A stretch of DNA of 64,000 nucleotides from the NCBI GenBank assembly GCA_963741955.1, contig CAVUKB010000005.1:128001-192000 (forward strand), given 5' to 3'. The DNA comes from an uncultured Acidobacteriota bacterium. GTDB lineage: Bacteria > Acidobacteriota > Thermoanaerobaculia > Gp7-AA8. Positions 1 through 10,110 of this stretch are shown piece by piece. The notes below the pieces were generated by a model. That model saw only the letters and a list, made by a program, of their open reading frames with translations, was not told the origin of the DNA and made no database searches. Numbering within the stretch: position 1 is the stretch's first letter; the number at the start of each line of letters is the position of its first letter. The position numbers were made by a program, and so were the translations under genes.

Positions 1-29
1 GCTGGTAAAGTGCACCCAGGAGGAATGCG

Positions 30-410
30 TTGAATCGCGAACAGGATGCCGGATCGAACGGTGACAGCAAACCGGAAGTGATGACGAAGGCGGAGCTCGT
101 CGACGAGGTCGCCCGCACCGTTCAAGTCACCAAGAAACAGGCTGAGACGATCGTCAACGTCGTCTTCGACTCGATCGTCGACTCTCTTCGCGGTGGCGAG
201 AAGATCGAGCTCCGCGGATTCGGCAGCTTCCGTCTGAGGAACCGTAAGTCGCGGACCGGAAGAAATCCGAAGACGGGCGAGCGAGTCGACGTTCCCTCGA
301 AGAAGATTCCCTACTTCAAGCCCGGCAAGGAGCTCAAGGAGCTGATCAACGGCTCCCGCGGAGAGGACCGTCCGGACACGGATTCCGATTCCGCCGAGGC
401 GCGGTCGTAG
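30..410 (+). CDS. ihfB: Integration host factor beta / HU-family DNA-binding protein
   Basis: MTKAELV...IELRGFGSF...GRNPKTGE...FKPGKELKE signature; AGGAGG before TTG30; alternative ATG at 81. Confidence 0.9.
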   Translation: MNREQDAGSNGDSKPEVMTKAELVDEVARTVQVTKKQAETIVNVVFDSIVDSLRGGEKIELRGFGSFRLRNRKSRTGRNPKTGERVDVPSKKIPYFKPGKELKELINGSRGEDRPDTDSDSAEARS

Positions 411-418
411 GAAGTCTC

Positions 419-931
419 GTGGAGGTTCTGTTCACCCCCTGGAGGTACCCGTACTTGACTGCACCCAAAGGCCCCACGGAGTGCATTTTCTGCGTTGCCG
501 CGGTGTCGAAGAAGCCATCCGAAACTCTGACCCTTTTCCGTGCGCCCCAGGCTCTGGTGATGCTGAACCGGTATCCCTACACCAACGGGCATCTCATGAT
601 CGCGCCGGTGCGCCACGTCGCCCAGCTGTACGAGACCGACGGCGAAGTCCTTTTCTCGCTGATCCGTCTCACCGCCGAATGCCAGAGGATTCTCTCTGAC
701 GTCTACCATCCGGATGGATTCAACATCGGAATGAATCTCGGGGCAGCGGCGGGCGCCGGAGTCGCTGATCACTACCACATCCACGTCGTCCCCCGGTGGG
801 GAGGGGACACGAACTTCATGTCCGTCACGTCGGAGACGCGCGTGGTTCCCGAGGATCTCGGAATCACGCTGAAACGGCTGCAGCCGAAATTTCGGAACCT
901 CTCCCGCGCTTTGCGGAGGGAGCATGAGTAG
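419..931 (+). CDS. HIT-family hydrolase (Ap4A phosphorylase-like)
   Basis: CIFC zinc motif, NRYPYTNGH, histidine triad HYHIHVVPRW. Confidence 0.9.
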   Translation: MEVLFTPWRYPYLTAPKGPTECIFCVAAVSKKPSETLTLFRAPQALVMLNRYPYTNGHLMIAPVRHVAQLYETDGEVLFSLIRLTAECQRILSDVYHPDGFNIGMNLGAAAGAGVADHYHIHVVPRWGGDTNFMSVTSETRVVPEDLGITLKRLQPKFRNLSRALRREHE

Positions 932-1289
932 ACGCACCGTCAACGCCATGATTCTAGCGCTCCTCTTTCCGGGAGCCGGTCACTTCTACCTGGGAAAGCG
1001 GAGCCGGGCAGCGATCTTCTGTGTGGTGATCCTCTTCCTGTTCATCTCCGGACTGGCCCTCGACGGGAAGCTCTACGTCCCGCTTCCGGGCCAGCCGCTC
1101 ACGTTCCTCGCCACTCTGGGGTCCATGGGTGTCGGGGTTCCCTACCTGATCGGAAGGCTGATCGGCGGACTCGGAGACTACACTTCGTTCACCTTCGAGT
1201 ACGGTACTGCGTTCACTCTGACTGCGGGTCTGATGAACCTTCTTCTGGTACTCGATTCGTTCGACATCGGGGAGAAACGCAAGGAATGA
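924..1289 (+). CDS. Membrane protein (DUF6677-like)
   Basis: PGAGHFYLGK motif, about 3 TM segments, AGLMNLL..LD; overlaps neighbours in operon. Confidence 0.7.
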   Translation: MSRRTVNAMILALLFPGAGHFYLGKRSRAAIFCVVILFLFISGLALDGKLYVPLPGQPLTFLATLGSMGVGVPYLIGRLIGGLGDYTSFTFEYGTAFTLTAGLMNLLLVLDSFDIGEKRKE

Positions 1290-1471
1290 GCTTCTTCCGA
1301 AGTCACATCGTCCTGATGTTCGCGTACGCAGTCGCCACCGCGACGTTCTTCACGTTTCTCTGGAAAACGGAGAAGAAGGCGCGAATCCTCTTTTTCCTCG
1401 AAGTGTTCTGTGCGCTCTTCTTCGGCGGAATCATTCTGGCCTGGCTGATGTATCCATTCCCGATTCGTTGA
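1286..1471 (+). CDS. Small two-TM membrane protein
   Basis: ATGA overlap with upstream gene; two hydrophobic helices ending WLMYPFP. Confidence 0.65.
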   Translation: MSFFRSHIVLMFAYAVATATFFTFLWKTEKKARILFFLEVFCALFFGGIILAWLMYPFPIR

Positions 1472-1508
1472 AGACGCAGCGGCCGGCGGCAGGCAACGGA
1501 AATCCACA

Positions 1509-1928
1509 ATGATCTCAGAACTGGCACTCCGTCCATTTCGAGGACGGCTGACGACGTATGCAATCGAGCCGTGGGTCCGTGCAATCCCGGCCACGCTGTA
1601 CCTCGGCCTGATCTATTTCGTTTCCGCGACTCCCGGACCGGATCTGCCGAACGTGGTCGACGACCGCGTCGCTCATTTCACGGAGTACTCGATTCTCGGT
1701 GTTCTGTTGCTCCTGTTCGCGACGGCATTTTCCATTCGTGGGTCACACTTCCCGCGATTCGCTGCAGTCTGGCTCTTTGCCCTCGCGTGGGCGGTCAGTG
1801 ACGAATTTCATCAGAGTTTCGTCCCCGGTCGCGACGTGGAAGTGAAAGACGTGGTTTTCGACATGCTGGGGTTGAGCTTTGCGCTCGTCGTGCTGTGGCT
1901 TCTTCTGCGACGGAGGAGTGATTCGTGA
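1509..1928 (+). CDS. VanZ-family membrane protein
   Basis: DRVAHFTEY and DEFHQSFVPGR...D..FD motifs; start uncertain. Confidence 0.85.
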   Translation: MISELALRPFRGRLTTYAIEPWVRAIPATLYLGLIYFVSATPGPDLPNVVDDRVAHFTEYSILGVLLLLFATAFSIRGSHFPRFAAVWLFALAWAVSDEFHQSFVPGRDVEVKDVVFDMLGLSFALVVLWLLLRRRSDS

Positions 1929-3067
1929 AGCTCGCGATCGTGGCCGGCGAGGCATCGGGCGATCTTCACGCCTCCGAGGTGGTGCGGGAGCTGCGGGCTC
2001 TCGATCCGTCTCTCACCGCATTCGGCATCGGTGGGGGAGGTCTGCGCCGGGAAGGAGTGGAGATCCTCCACGACATTCAGGAACTGGGGATCGTAGGGCT
2101 GTTCAACGTGATCCGGCATCTCCCGATGTTCCGGAGAATCTTCCGCGAGATCGTCGAAAGGATCGAGCGGGAGCGACCGGACGCGCTGCTCCTCATCGAT
2201 TACCCGGATTTCAATCTCCGACTGGCGCGGCGGATGAAGGCACTCGGGATTCCCGTGGTCTATTACATCTCGCCCCAGATCTGGGCATGGAGGAAGGGGA
2301 GAGTTCGTGAGATCGTTCGGAACGTCGAGCGGATGCTGGTGATCCTTCCGTTCGAGGAAGAGTTGTATCGGGGACACGGTCTCGACGTTACGTACGTCGG
2401 TCATCCGCTGGTCGAACAGCTCGAGGGAGTGAAGCGTCATGGCGAGTACGATCCCGCTCGGGTGCGGATTGCGCTGATGCCGGGATCACGGCGGATGGAG
2501 GTGGACAACCTTCTTCCCGCGATGGCCGGAGCGGTCGCCATTCTTCGCAGAAGACGCCACATCGACGCGTACGTGATCAAGGCCGATACCATCGAACGCG
2601 AACGAATCGAGATGCTTCTTCCCCCCGGGAGCGACATCGGAATCGTGGAGTCGAACGGCCGACAGGCTCTCGCGGACTCCGACCTCACCCTCGCGTCGTC
2701 GGGGACGGCGACGCTCGAGTCCGCGATTCTGGGCGTACCCGCGGTGGTGATGTACAGACTCTCGCCGCTGACATACAGGCTGGCTCGGCGCCTGGTTCGC
2801 CTCCCGCACTTCAGCCTGGTCAATATCGTTGCGGGGAAGGAAGTGCTGCCGGAACTGTTGCAGGATCAGGTGAACGCCGAAGGCGTGGCCGCTGCAGCGG
2901 AGCGACTGCTGGATCCGGAAGGCCACGAGCGGATGCGCGCCGAGCTCGCGGAGGTGCGGCGGCGACTCGGTGATCCGGGCGCGAGCCGCCGCGCGGCGGA
3001 AAGAATCTATACTCTGGTTGCGGCGCCGCGGGCGGGCGGGGTCGATCCCGGGGTACGGACGGCATGA
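1925..3067 (+). CDS. lpxB: Lipid-A-disaccharide synthase
   Basis: AGEASGDLH, IDYPDFNL, SPQIWAWR, MPGSR, SGTATLE motifs. Confidence 0.97.
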   Translation: MKLAIVAGEASGDLHASEVVRELRALDPSLTAFGIGGGGLRREGVEILHDIQELGIVGLFNVIRHLPMFRRIFREIVERIERERPDALLLIDYPDFNLRLARRMKALGIPVVYYISPQIWAWRKGRVREIVRNVERMLVILPFEEELYRGHGLDVTYVGHPLVEQLEGVKRHGEYDPARVRIALMPGSRRMEVDNLLPAMAGAVAILRRRRHIDAYVIKADTIERERIEMLLPPGSDIGIVESNGRQALADSDLTLASSGTATLESAILGVPAVVMYRLSPLTYRLARRLVRLPHFSLVNIVAGKEVLPELLQDQVNAEGVAAAAERLLDPEGHERMRAELAEVRRRLGDPGASRRAAERIYTLVAAPRAGGVDPGVRTA

Positions 3068-4965
3068 AAATCCTCAAGAGACTCTACGGCTATCTTCGTC
3101 CGTACCGGACGTGGTCCATCATCGCGCTCGCCAGCATGATGCTCGTGGCTGCGTCCACCGGAGCGCTGATCACGCTCGTCCGGCCGTTGTTCGACGACGT
3201 CCTGAGCCGCGGAGGACAGCAGATCCACCAGACCGCGAACGATCAGCGGAAATCCGCCATGATCAACATCGTGCTCCGACGGGATCTCCCGCCAGGGCAG
3301 CGCGGTCCGATCATCAACCGGATCGACCGGATTCAGAACAGCTGGAGCCAGTGGTGGAAAGCCCATCAGCACGATCGCTGGAAGTACATCCTCGCGATCC
3401 TGATGGTCGTCTTCGTCGTCCGCGCGATCACGTCGTTCTTTTCGGAGTACGCATTTCAGAAGGTCGGACTCTCGACGGTGCGCGACCTGCGCGACCTCCT
3501 CTACGATTCGATCATCCACCAGAGCAATCGTTTTTTCGCGAAACGCTCGACCGGCGAGCTGGTGAGCCGCATCGTCTCGGATGTCGAAGCGATTCAGGCC
3601 GCTGTCTCGATCCGGGTCGGTGACCTCTTTCAGGAGACTGCCAACCTGTTCGTCATCGCAATCGTGGTCCTGGTCACCAACGCAGAGCTGGCGATCTTCA
3701 CTTTCGTTCTCGGACCGATGATCGCGTTTCCGGTGGTCCAGTTCGGGAAGCGCCTTCGTCGCGCCACGCGCAAATCGCAGGAAAGGATGGCCGACATCGC
3801 CACCATCCTCGAGGAGACCATCAAGGGCGTGCGCATCGTGAAAGCCTTCGCGATGGAGCGATTCGAGGTCAAACGATTCCGGGAAGCGACCAGCCAGCAC
3901 CTGTCGATCAATCTCAAAGCGCAGAAGATCCAGGCCATGACTTCTCCGGTGATGGAGCTATTCGCCGGCGTATGCATGGTGGTCCTCTTCGGTTTCGCCG
4001 CGCTCCGGATCCGTTCGGGAGCCCTCACGCTCGGCCAGTTCATGAGTTTTCTCCTCGCTTTGGCTGCGATGTACGCACCGATCAAGCGCCTGAGCAAAGT
4101 GAACCTCGCGATGAATACCGCGCTCTCCGCTGCCGAGCGTGTGTTCAGCGTCCTCGACACTCGAAACGAAGTGACCGAGAAGCCGGACGCTGTCGTGATC
4201 GAGTCGATCGGTGAAGGCGTCAGCTACGAAGAGGTCGAGTTCTCGTACGATCCGGGAGAGCCGATTCTCCGGGGGGTCAACTTCGCCATCCATCCCGGTG
4301 AAGTGCTTGCGATCGTCGGTGGCAGCGGTGCCGGAAAGTCGACTCTGGTCAACCTCCTCCCACGGTTCTACGACGTGAGCGGCGGGCGGGTCACCATCGA
4401 CGGTCACGACATTCGCGATCTCTCGTTCTCGTCTCTGCGCGGCCTGATCGGCTACGTCACGCAGGAAGTGATCCTGTTCAACGATTCGGTGCGGAACAAC
4501 ATCGCCTACGGCCGGTCCGACCTCCCGCACGAGCGAATCGAGGCCGCCGCCCGTGCCGCCCATGCGGCGGAGTTCATCGAAAACCTCCCCGAGGGGTACG
4601 ACACGATTGTCGGCGAATCGGGCGTACGGCTCTCGGGAGGACAGCGTCAGCGTCTGGCGATCGCGCGGGCGCTGCTCAAGAACCCTCCGATCCTCATCCT
4701 CGACGAGGCGACGTCGGCACTCGACACGGAATCCGAACAGCTCGTCCAGGAAGCCCTGACCAAGCTGATGGAAGGACGGACCACTCTGGTCATCGCCCAC
4801 CGGCTCTCCACCGTCCGTCGTGCGGACCACATCATCGTGCTGGACGAAGGTCTCGTCGCCGAAGAGGGAACCCATGACGAGCTGCTCGAACGCCGGGGCA
4901 TCTACCACCGCCTCTACCAGATGCAGTTCTTCGACGAGGAGAAGGTGCGCGAGGCCTTTGCGTGA
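3064..4965 (+). CDS. msbA: MsbA-like lipid A ABC exporter
   Basis: TM domain plus NBD (GGSGAGKST, LSGGQRQR, ILDEATSALD); next to lpxB. Confidence 0.88.
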   Translation: MKILKRLYGYLRPYRTWSIIALASMMLVAASTGALITLVRPLFDDVLSRGGQQIHQTANDQRKSAMINIVLRRDLPPGQRGPIINRIDRIQNSWSQWWKAHQHDRWKYILAILMVVFVVRAITSFFSEYAFQKVGLSTVRDLRDLLYDSIIHQSNRFFAKRSTGELVSRIVSDVEAIQAAVSIRVGDLFQETANLFVIAIVVLVTNAELAIFTFVLGPMIAFPVVQFGKRLRRATRKSQERMADIATILEETIKGVRIVKAFAMERFEVKRFREATSQHLSINLKAQKIQAMTSPVMELFAGVCMVVLFGFAALRIRSGALTLGQFMSFLLALAAMYAPIKRLSKVNLAMNTALSAAERVFSVLDTRNEVTEKPDAVVIESIGEGVSYEEVEFSYDPGEPILRGVNFAIHPGEVLAIVGGSGAGKSTLVNLLPRFYDVSGGRVTIDGHDIRDLSFSSLRGLIGYVTQEVILFNDSVRNNIAYGRSDLPHERIEAAARAAHAAEFIENLPEGYDTIVGESGVRLSGGQRQRLAIARALLKNPPILILDEATSALDTESEQLVQEALTKLMEGRTTLVIAHRLSTVRRADHIIVLDEGLVAEEGTHDELLERRGIYHRLYQMQFFDEEKVREAFA

Positions 4966-5642
4966 AAAAGAAGTTCGACGCCGGCCTGATTCTCATCCCG
5001 CGCCTCGCGTCACTCTTCATCCGCGCAGTCCATCTCGTTCTTCGCGTCCGTCATCTCGACGCCGGACACATCGAGGAGTTGAACCGGGCCGGGAAGAGGT
5101 ACATCGTCTCCTTCTGGCACGGCCACATTCTTCTGATCGTGTACTGTCGCTACGTGAGGCCGATGAGGGCGTTGATCTCGCAGCATCGGGACGGTGAACT
5201 GATCGCGCGGACCATGGGACGGTTCGGCGTCGATTCTTCGCGTGGATCGTCCACCCGGCGGGGAGCCGGAGCGCTTCGGGAGATGATCTCACTGGCCACC
5301 TCGGGAACGAACCTCGCGTTCACCCCTGACGGACCGCGCGGTCCCCGACGTGTCGTGCAGAAGGGAGTCCTCCTCGCGTCGCAGGCCGGGGGCATTCCGA
5401 TCGTTCCGGTGATCGTCGTTTCGGAGAAGAAGATCCAGTTGAGATCCTGGGACCGGTTCGAAATTCCCAAGCCGCTGAGCCGCGTCCTGTTCGTATACGG
5501 CGCGCCGATCGAAATCCCGCGACGGCTGTCGCCGGACGAATTCGAGGCGGCCCGGCTGAACCTGGAGCGCGTGATGAACGCACTCGCCGACGATACGGAG
5601 AAGAATTTCGAGTCGTGCTGGAAGGCTGCGGAAAGCCGGTGA
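4962..5642 (+). CDS. DUF374 / lysophospholipid acyltransferase-family protein
   Basis: FWHG, SQHRDGELI, RGSSTR, TPDGPRGP motifs. Confidence 0.85.
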   Translation: MKKKFDAGLILIPRLASLFIRAVHLVLRVRHLDAGHIEELNRAGKRYIVSFWHGHILLIVYCRYVRPMRALISQHRDGELIARTMGRFGVDSSRGSSTRRGAGALREMISLATSGTNLAFTPDGPRGPRRVVQKGVLLASQAGGIPIVPVIVVSEKKIQLRSWDRFEIPKPLSRVLFVYGAPIEIPRRLSPDEFEAARLNLERVMNALADDTEKNFESCWKAAESR

Positions 5643-5658
5643 TCGGGGGGATGGGCGC

Positions 5659-6306
5659 ATGACCCGAGGTGAAAAGGCCGAGCGGATCCGGACGATTCTC
5701 GACCGCCTCTATCCCGACCCGCCGATTCCTCTCGCTCACGTCGATCCATTCACGCTTCTGATCTCGGTGGTTCTCTCGGCGCAGACGACGGACGCGCGGG
5801 TGAACCAGGTCACCCCCGAGCTCTTCGCGCGGGCCTCTACCGCGGCAGCGATGGCGAAACTCCCGGTGCAGGAGATCCTCTCGATCATCCGGACCTGCGG
5901 CCTCGCACCGGGGAAGGCGAAGAACATCCGCCGCCTCTCCGAGATCCTCGTCGAGGAATACGGCGGCAGAGTTCCGGACGATCTCGCAGCGCTCGAGGGC
6001 TTGCCGGGCGTTGGGCACAAGACCGCCTCAGTGGTGATGGCCCAGGCCTTCGGCGAAGCGGCGTTTCCCGTGGACACGCACATTCACCGTCTCGCGTGGC
6101 GGTGGGGTCTCTCGAACGGGAAGAGCGTGGAACGCACCGAGCATGATCTGAAGCGGATCTTCCCGCGCGAATCGTGGGCGCGCCTCCATCTGCAGATCAT
6201 CTACTTCGGACGGGAGTACTGTCCCGCGCGCGGCCACGATCCCGAGGCGTGTCCGATCTGTTCGTGGGCATCTCCGGCAGTACGCCGCAGACGAGGCGTG
6301 ATATAA
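5659..6306 (+). CDS. nth: Endonuclease III
   Basis: VLSAQTTD, HhH LPGVGHKTA, PVDTH, C-terminal Cys cluster. Confidence 0.93.
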   Translation: MTRGEKAERIRTILDRLYPDPPIPLAHVDPFTLLISVVLSAQTTDARVNQVTPELFARASTAAAMAKLPVQEILSIIRTCGLAPGKAKNIRRLSEILVEEYGGRVPDDLAALEGLPGVGHKTASVVMAQAFGEAAFPVDTHIHRLAWRWGLSNGKSVERTEHDLKRIFPRESWARLHLQIIYFGREYCPARGHDPEACPICSWASPAVRRRRGVI

Positions 6307-6393
6307 ATCGCGCGCCCTCGGAGTCCGCGCGGCACAATAGTCCGTCGCGAGAAAGTGGAGCAGCGAGGCCGGCCTGGAGGAGCGAAACATTCG

Positions 6394-7284
6394 ATGATTC
6401 TGAGCATGACCGGCTTCGGCCGAGCCTCGGGACCCGCGGGTTCCCGCTTCAGCGCGTCCGTTTCGATACGCAGTGTCAATCACCGCTATCTCGAAACGAA
6501 CGTCCGTCTTCCCGAAGCCTTCTGGGAGATCGAACCGTTGATCCGGTCGGCTGCGAGCGAGCGGTTCGAGCGCGGAAAGCTCGACGTTACGATCCGCATT
6601 CAGCGGATCGGTGAGCCTCGCTACGAGGTGCGCGTCAACGGCACCGTTGCCGGATCCGTCATTCCCGAGCTTCGCCGCTTTCTGCGAGAGTACGAGATTC
6701 CAGGAGAGCTCTCCGCCGGCGACATCCTCCGGATTCCGGATCTCGTTTCCGTCGAGCCGGTCGAACAGGAGCTGGACGAGGCCGAGAAGGAGGACCTTCT
6801 CCGGATCGCGATCGACGCCATGGAGCGCGTGCGAGAGATGAGGGCGGCCGAAGGTGTCGCTCTTCGGAACGACATCGAAGCGCGGCTCAAGACGATCCGG
6901 GCACGACGCAACGAGCTCGCATCGATGCGCGAAGCGATTCGCGACGAGCAGCTCGAGAGCTACCGTCAGCGGGTGGGGGAGATCGCACGGGCCGCCGGCG
7001 TGGAGATCGACGCCGACCGTCTCGCACAGGAGACCGTGATCATGGTCGAGAAGGGGGACGTCGCCGAAGAGCTCACCCGTCTCGAGATCCACCTGGATCA
7101 GACCGAGCAGATCCTGACCGGTCGCAAATCATCGGGGAAAAAGCTGGACTTTCTCTCCCAGGAGATGCTCCGGGAGATCAACACCCTCGGACAGAAGTCG
7201 CGCTCGGCGGAGATCCGGAGCATCGTTGTAGAATTGAAGACCGAAGTCGAGCGGATCCGCGAGCAGGTACAGAATGTCGAGTAG
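6394..7284 (+). CDS. yicC: YicC/YloC-family endoribonuclease
   Basis: SMTGFG, SVNHRYLE, GKKLDFLSQEMLREINTLG, REQVQNVE; start set at ATG6394. Confidence 0.93.
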   Translation: MILSMTGFGRASGPAGSRFSASVSIRSVNHRYLETNVRLPEAFWEIEPLIRSAASERFERGKLDVTIRIQRIGEPRYEVRVNGTVAGSVIPELRRFLREYEIPGELSAGDILRIPDLVSVEPVEQELDEAEKEDLLRIAIDAMERVREMRAAEGVALRNDIEARLKTIRARRNELASMREAIRDEQLESYRQRVGEIARAAGVEIDADRLAQETVIMVEKGDVAEELTRLEIHLDQTEQILTGRKSSGKKLDFLSQEMLREINTLGQKSRSAEIRSIVVELKTEVERIREQVQNVE

Positions 7285-7966
7285 CTCCACGCTGAACTAC
7301 CATCCCGACGGGACTCTATTCATCGTCTCGGGACCTTCGGCTGCCGGGAAGACTACCCTGATCAACCGTGCTCGCGCCGAGCTTCAGGCGCTCCAGATCA
7401 ATCTCCATTTCTCCGTTTCACACACCACCAGGACCCCCAGAAATGGAGAGGTCGAAGGGGTGAACTACCACTACGTCGACCGCGTCCACTTCGAGGAAAT
7501 GGTTGCAAAAGGGGAATTTATCGAGTGGGCCCGCGTTCACAAACAGATGTACGGGACATCGAAAACCGAGGTCTTCACCCGTCTCGAAAGAGGCGAGGAT
7601 GTGGTCCTCGACATCGACGTTCAGGGAGCGCGGCAGATCTCGGAGCAACCGGAGCTGCGACGCCACTCGGTGAGTATTTTCGTGTTCCCTCCTTCGTTCG
7701 ACGAGCTGGAGAAAAGGCTTCGCGGCAGAGGCCTGAACACTGAAGACGACATCTCGGTGCGCCTGCGGAAAGCCTCGGATGAGATCGATCTCTGCGATTT
7801 CTACGACTACGTGATCATCAACGACGACATCAAGATCGCCACGGCCTGTCTGAAGGCCGCCATCGTGGCCAGAAAACTCAAGACGAACTCGGCACTACTC
7901 GCGATTCGCGACATGTCCCGCCGGTTCAAGGAGGAGCACAGTGATCGAATTGCCCGAGAATGTTGA
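7274..7966 (+). CDS. gmk: Guanylate kinase
   Basis: SGPSAAGKTT, SVSHTTR, LDIDVQGA; yicC-gmk-rpoZ-coaBC synteny. Confidence 0.95.
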   Translation: MSSSSTLNYHPDGTLFIVSGPSAAGKTTLINRARAELQALQINLHFSVSHTTRTPRNGEVEGVNYHYVDRVHFEEMVAKGEFIEWARVHKQMYGTSKTEVFTRLERGEDVVLDIDVQGARQISEQPELRRHSVSIFVFPPSFDELEKRLRGRGLNTEDDISVRLRKASDEIDLCDFYDYVIINDDIKIATACLKAAIVARKLKTNSALLAIRDMSRRFKEEHSDRIAREC

Positions 7967-8174
7967 CAGCAAGTTCCGTTACGTCCTGGTCGTCGCCAAG
8001 CGGGCGGAGCAGCTGATCGAAGGCTCGCAGCCGAAGCTGCGCACGCGCCACGCGAAGTCGACGCGCATCGCCATGGACGAGATCAACGAGGGCGTCGTGA
8101 ACTGGCAGCCCGCCCCTCCGGAACTTCCGGAAGAGGAAGCAGCGGAGAGCGAGCTCGAGACCGAGACGGTTTGA
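7941..8174 (+). CDS. rpoZ: RNA polymerase omega subunit
   Basis: DSKFRYVLVVAKRAEQL motif; AGGAG RBS; synteny. Confidence 0.92.
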   Translation: MIELPENVDSKFRYVLVVAKRAEQLIEGSQPKLRTRHAKSTRIAMDEINEGVVNWQPAPPELPEEEAAESELETETV

Positions 8175-8175
8175 A

Positions 8176-9378
8176 GTGAGAATCGTCCTCGGCGTTTCGG
8201 GCGGGATCGCCGCATACAAGGCGCCAGAGCTGGTAAGGCGTCTTCGGGACGCCGGTGCCGACGTGAGGGTGATCCTCACTCCGAACGCCACCAGGTTCGT
8301 CGCTCCGCTTGCGTTGTCGGTCGTCTCCGGGCACGGGGTGATCTCAGATCAGTGGGGTGATCCGGCTCATGGTGGGGTCGATCACATCGAGATCGCCCGA
8401 TGGGCCGAACTCCTTCTCATCGCCCCCGCCACGGCGAACATTCTGGCCAAGCTCGCCACCGGAATCGCCGATGACGCGCTGACCACGTACGCACTCGCAC
8501 ACCGCGGCCCTCTGGTCGTCGCTCCGGCGATGAACACGTTCATGCTCGGACACCCGACGGTCACCGAGAACATCGAGCGCCTGCGCAACAGGGGAGTCAC
8601 CATCATCGAGCCCGCTTCGGGCCTTCTGGCCTGCGGAGACGAAGGTGCCGGACGGATGCCGGATCCGGACGAGATCGTCCGCCGGGTGCTCGCGGTGCTC
8701 GCACCTCCGGACCTCGCCGGGATCCGGATCCTGGTCACCGCCGGCCCCACACGCGAACCGATCGATCCGGTGCGTTACATCAGCAACCGCTCCTCCGGGA
8801 AGATGGGTTACGCAATCGCGAATGCCGCTGCACGACGTGGTGCAGACGTGACCCTCGTCAGCGGACCGACCGCTCTCGCCTCGCCCCCTGGTGTGACTGC
8901 GCTTCAGGTGACTACCGCCGCCGAAATGCACCGCGAGGTGCTGCGGCTCGCACCGCAGCAGCAGGTGGTGATCAAGGCCGCGGCGGTCGGCGATTTCGCT
9001 CCTGCGCGCACGGCGCAGTCGAAAATCAAGAAGGGGCGCAACGAGACTCTCTCGCTCGAGCTTCACCGCACTCCCGACATTCTGGCGGATCTAGGAAAGC
9101 TCGATCCTCGTCCCTTCCTGATCGGCTTCGCCGCAGAGACGGATGACGTCGAAGCGAATGCGGAGGAAAAGCTGAGGCGGAAGGAAGCCGACGCCATCGT
9201 GGTGAACGACGTCTCGGATCCTTCCATCGGATTCGAATCGGATGAAAACGAGGTGGTGATCCTTGCGCGATCGGGAGAATCGCATAGAATTTCGCGGGCC
9301 CCGAAAGACCAGATCGCGAATCGCATCCTCGACTTCGTCGTTGCCGGAATGCGCGAGACGATCGCCGCACGCGACTGA
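8176..9378 (+). CDS. coaBC: Phosphopantothenoylcysteine decarboxylase/ligase
   Basis: GGIAAYK, APAMN, LACGDEGAGR, TAGPTREPIDPVRYISNRSSGKMG, GFAAET. Confidence 0.97.
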   Translation: MRIVLGVSGGIAAYKAPELVRRLRDAGADVRVILTPNATRFVAPLALSVVSGHGVISDQWGDPAHGGVDHIEIARWAELLLIAPATANILAKLATGIADDALTTYALAHRGPLVVAPAMNTFMLGHPTVTENIERLRNRGVTIIEPASGLLACGDEGAGRMPDPDEIVRRVLAVLAPPDLAGIRILVTAGPTREPIDPVRYISNRSSGKMGYAIANAAARRGADVTLVSGPTALASPPGVTALQVTTAAEMHREVLRLAPQQQVVIKAAAVGDFAPARTAQSKIKKGRNETLSLELHRTPDILADLGKLDPRPFLIGFAAETDDVEANAEEKLRRKEADAIVVNDVSDPSIGFESDENEVVILARSGESHRISRAPKDQIANRILDFVVAGMRETIAARD

Positions 9379-9398
9379 ATCCACGCTGTTGCCGGAGC

Positions 9399-10100
9399 AT
9401 GATGAACCGCAAGAACGTCGATGACGAACTGCTGTTTCTCGAGGAAATGGGATTCACCCATCTCGATCTCTCCCGCCGGTCTGCTGCCGATCACGTCGCG
9501 GAAACACCGGCCGAGACGGGCCCCGACGATGCGACTCCATCGACCGCCTCCTTCCACGGGCTCGAGATGCTCGCATCCGCATGCACCGCGTGCCGCCTCT
9601 CGGAGGGGAGGAAGAGCGTGGTCTTCGGAAGCGGAAATCCCGAGACCGAGCTGATGTTCATCGGCGAAGCTCCGGGACGGGACGAGGACATCGCGGGACT
9701 TCCCTTCGTCGGACGGGCGGGACAGCTCCTGACCGACATCATCAAGGCGATGAAACTCGATCGCGAGGACGTCTACATCGCGAACGTGATCAAGTGCCGC
9801 CCGCCGGAAAACCGCAATCCCGAGCCCGACGAGATCGAGGCGTGCAATCCTTTCATCACCCGTCAGATCGAGCTGATCGCGCCGAAGGTCATCGTGACAC
9901 TGGGCCGATTCGCCGTCCAGACGCTTCTCAGGAGCGACCTCCCCATCTCGGCAGTCCGCGGAAAATGGCAGAGCTATCGCGGAATCAAGGTGATGCCTAC
10001 CTACCATCCCGCCTATCTGCTCCGGAACCCTTCGGCCAAGAAGGACGTCTGGTCCGACATGAAAAAGGTGATGTCGGAGCTCGGGATCAATCCGGGTTAA
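9399..10100 (+). CDS. Uracil-DNA glycosylase family 4
   Basis: Cxx[25 protein letters not shown] motifs. Confidence 0.93.
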   Translation: MMNRKNVDDELLFLEEMGFTHLDLSRRSAADHVAETPAETGPDDATPSTASFHGLEMLASACTACRLSEGRKSVVFGSGNPETELMFIGEAPGRDEDIAGLPFVGRAGQLLTDIIKAMKLDREDVYIANVIKCRPPENRNPEPDEIEACNPFITRQIELIAPKVIVTLGRFAVQTLLRSDLPISAVRGKWQSYRGIKVMPTYHPAYLLRNPSAKKDVWSDMKKVMSELGINPG

Positions 10101-10110
10101 AGTTCCCGGC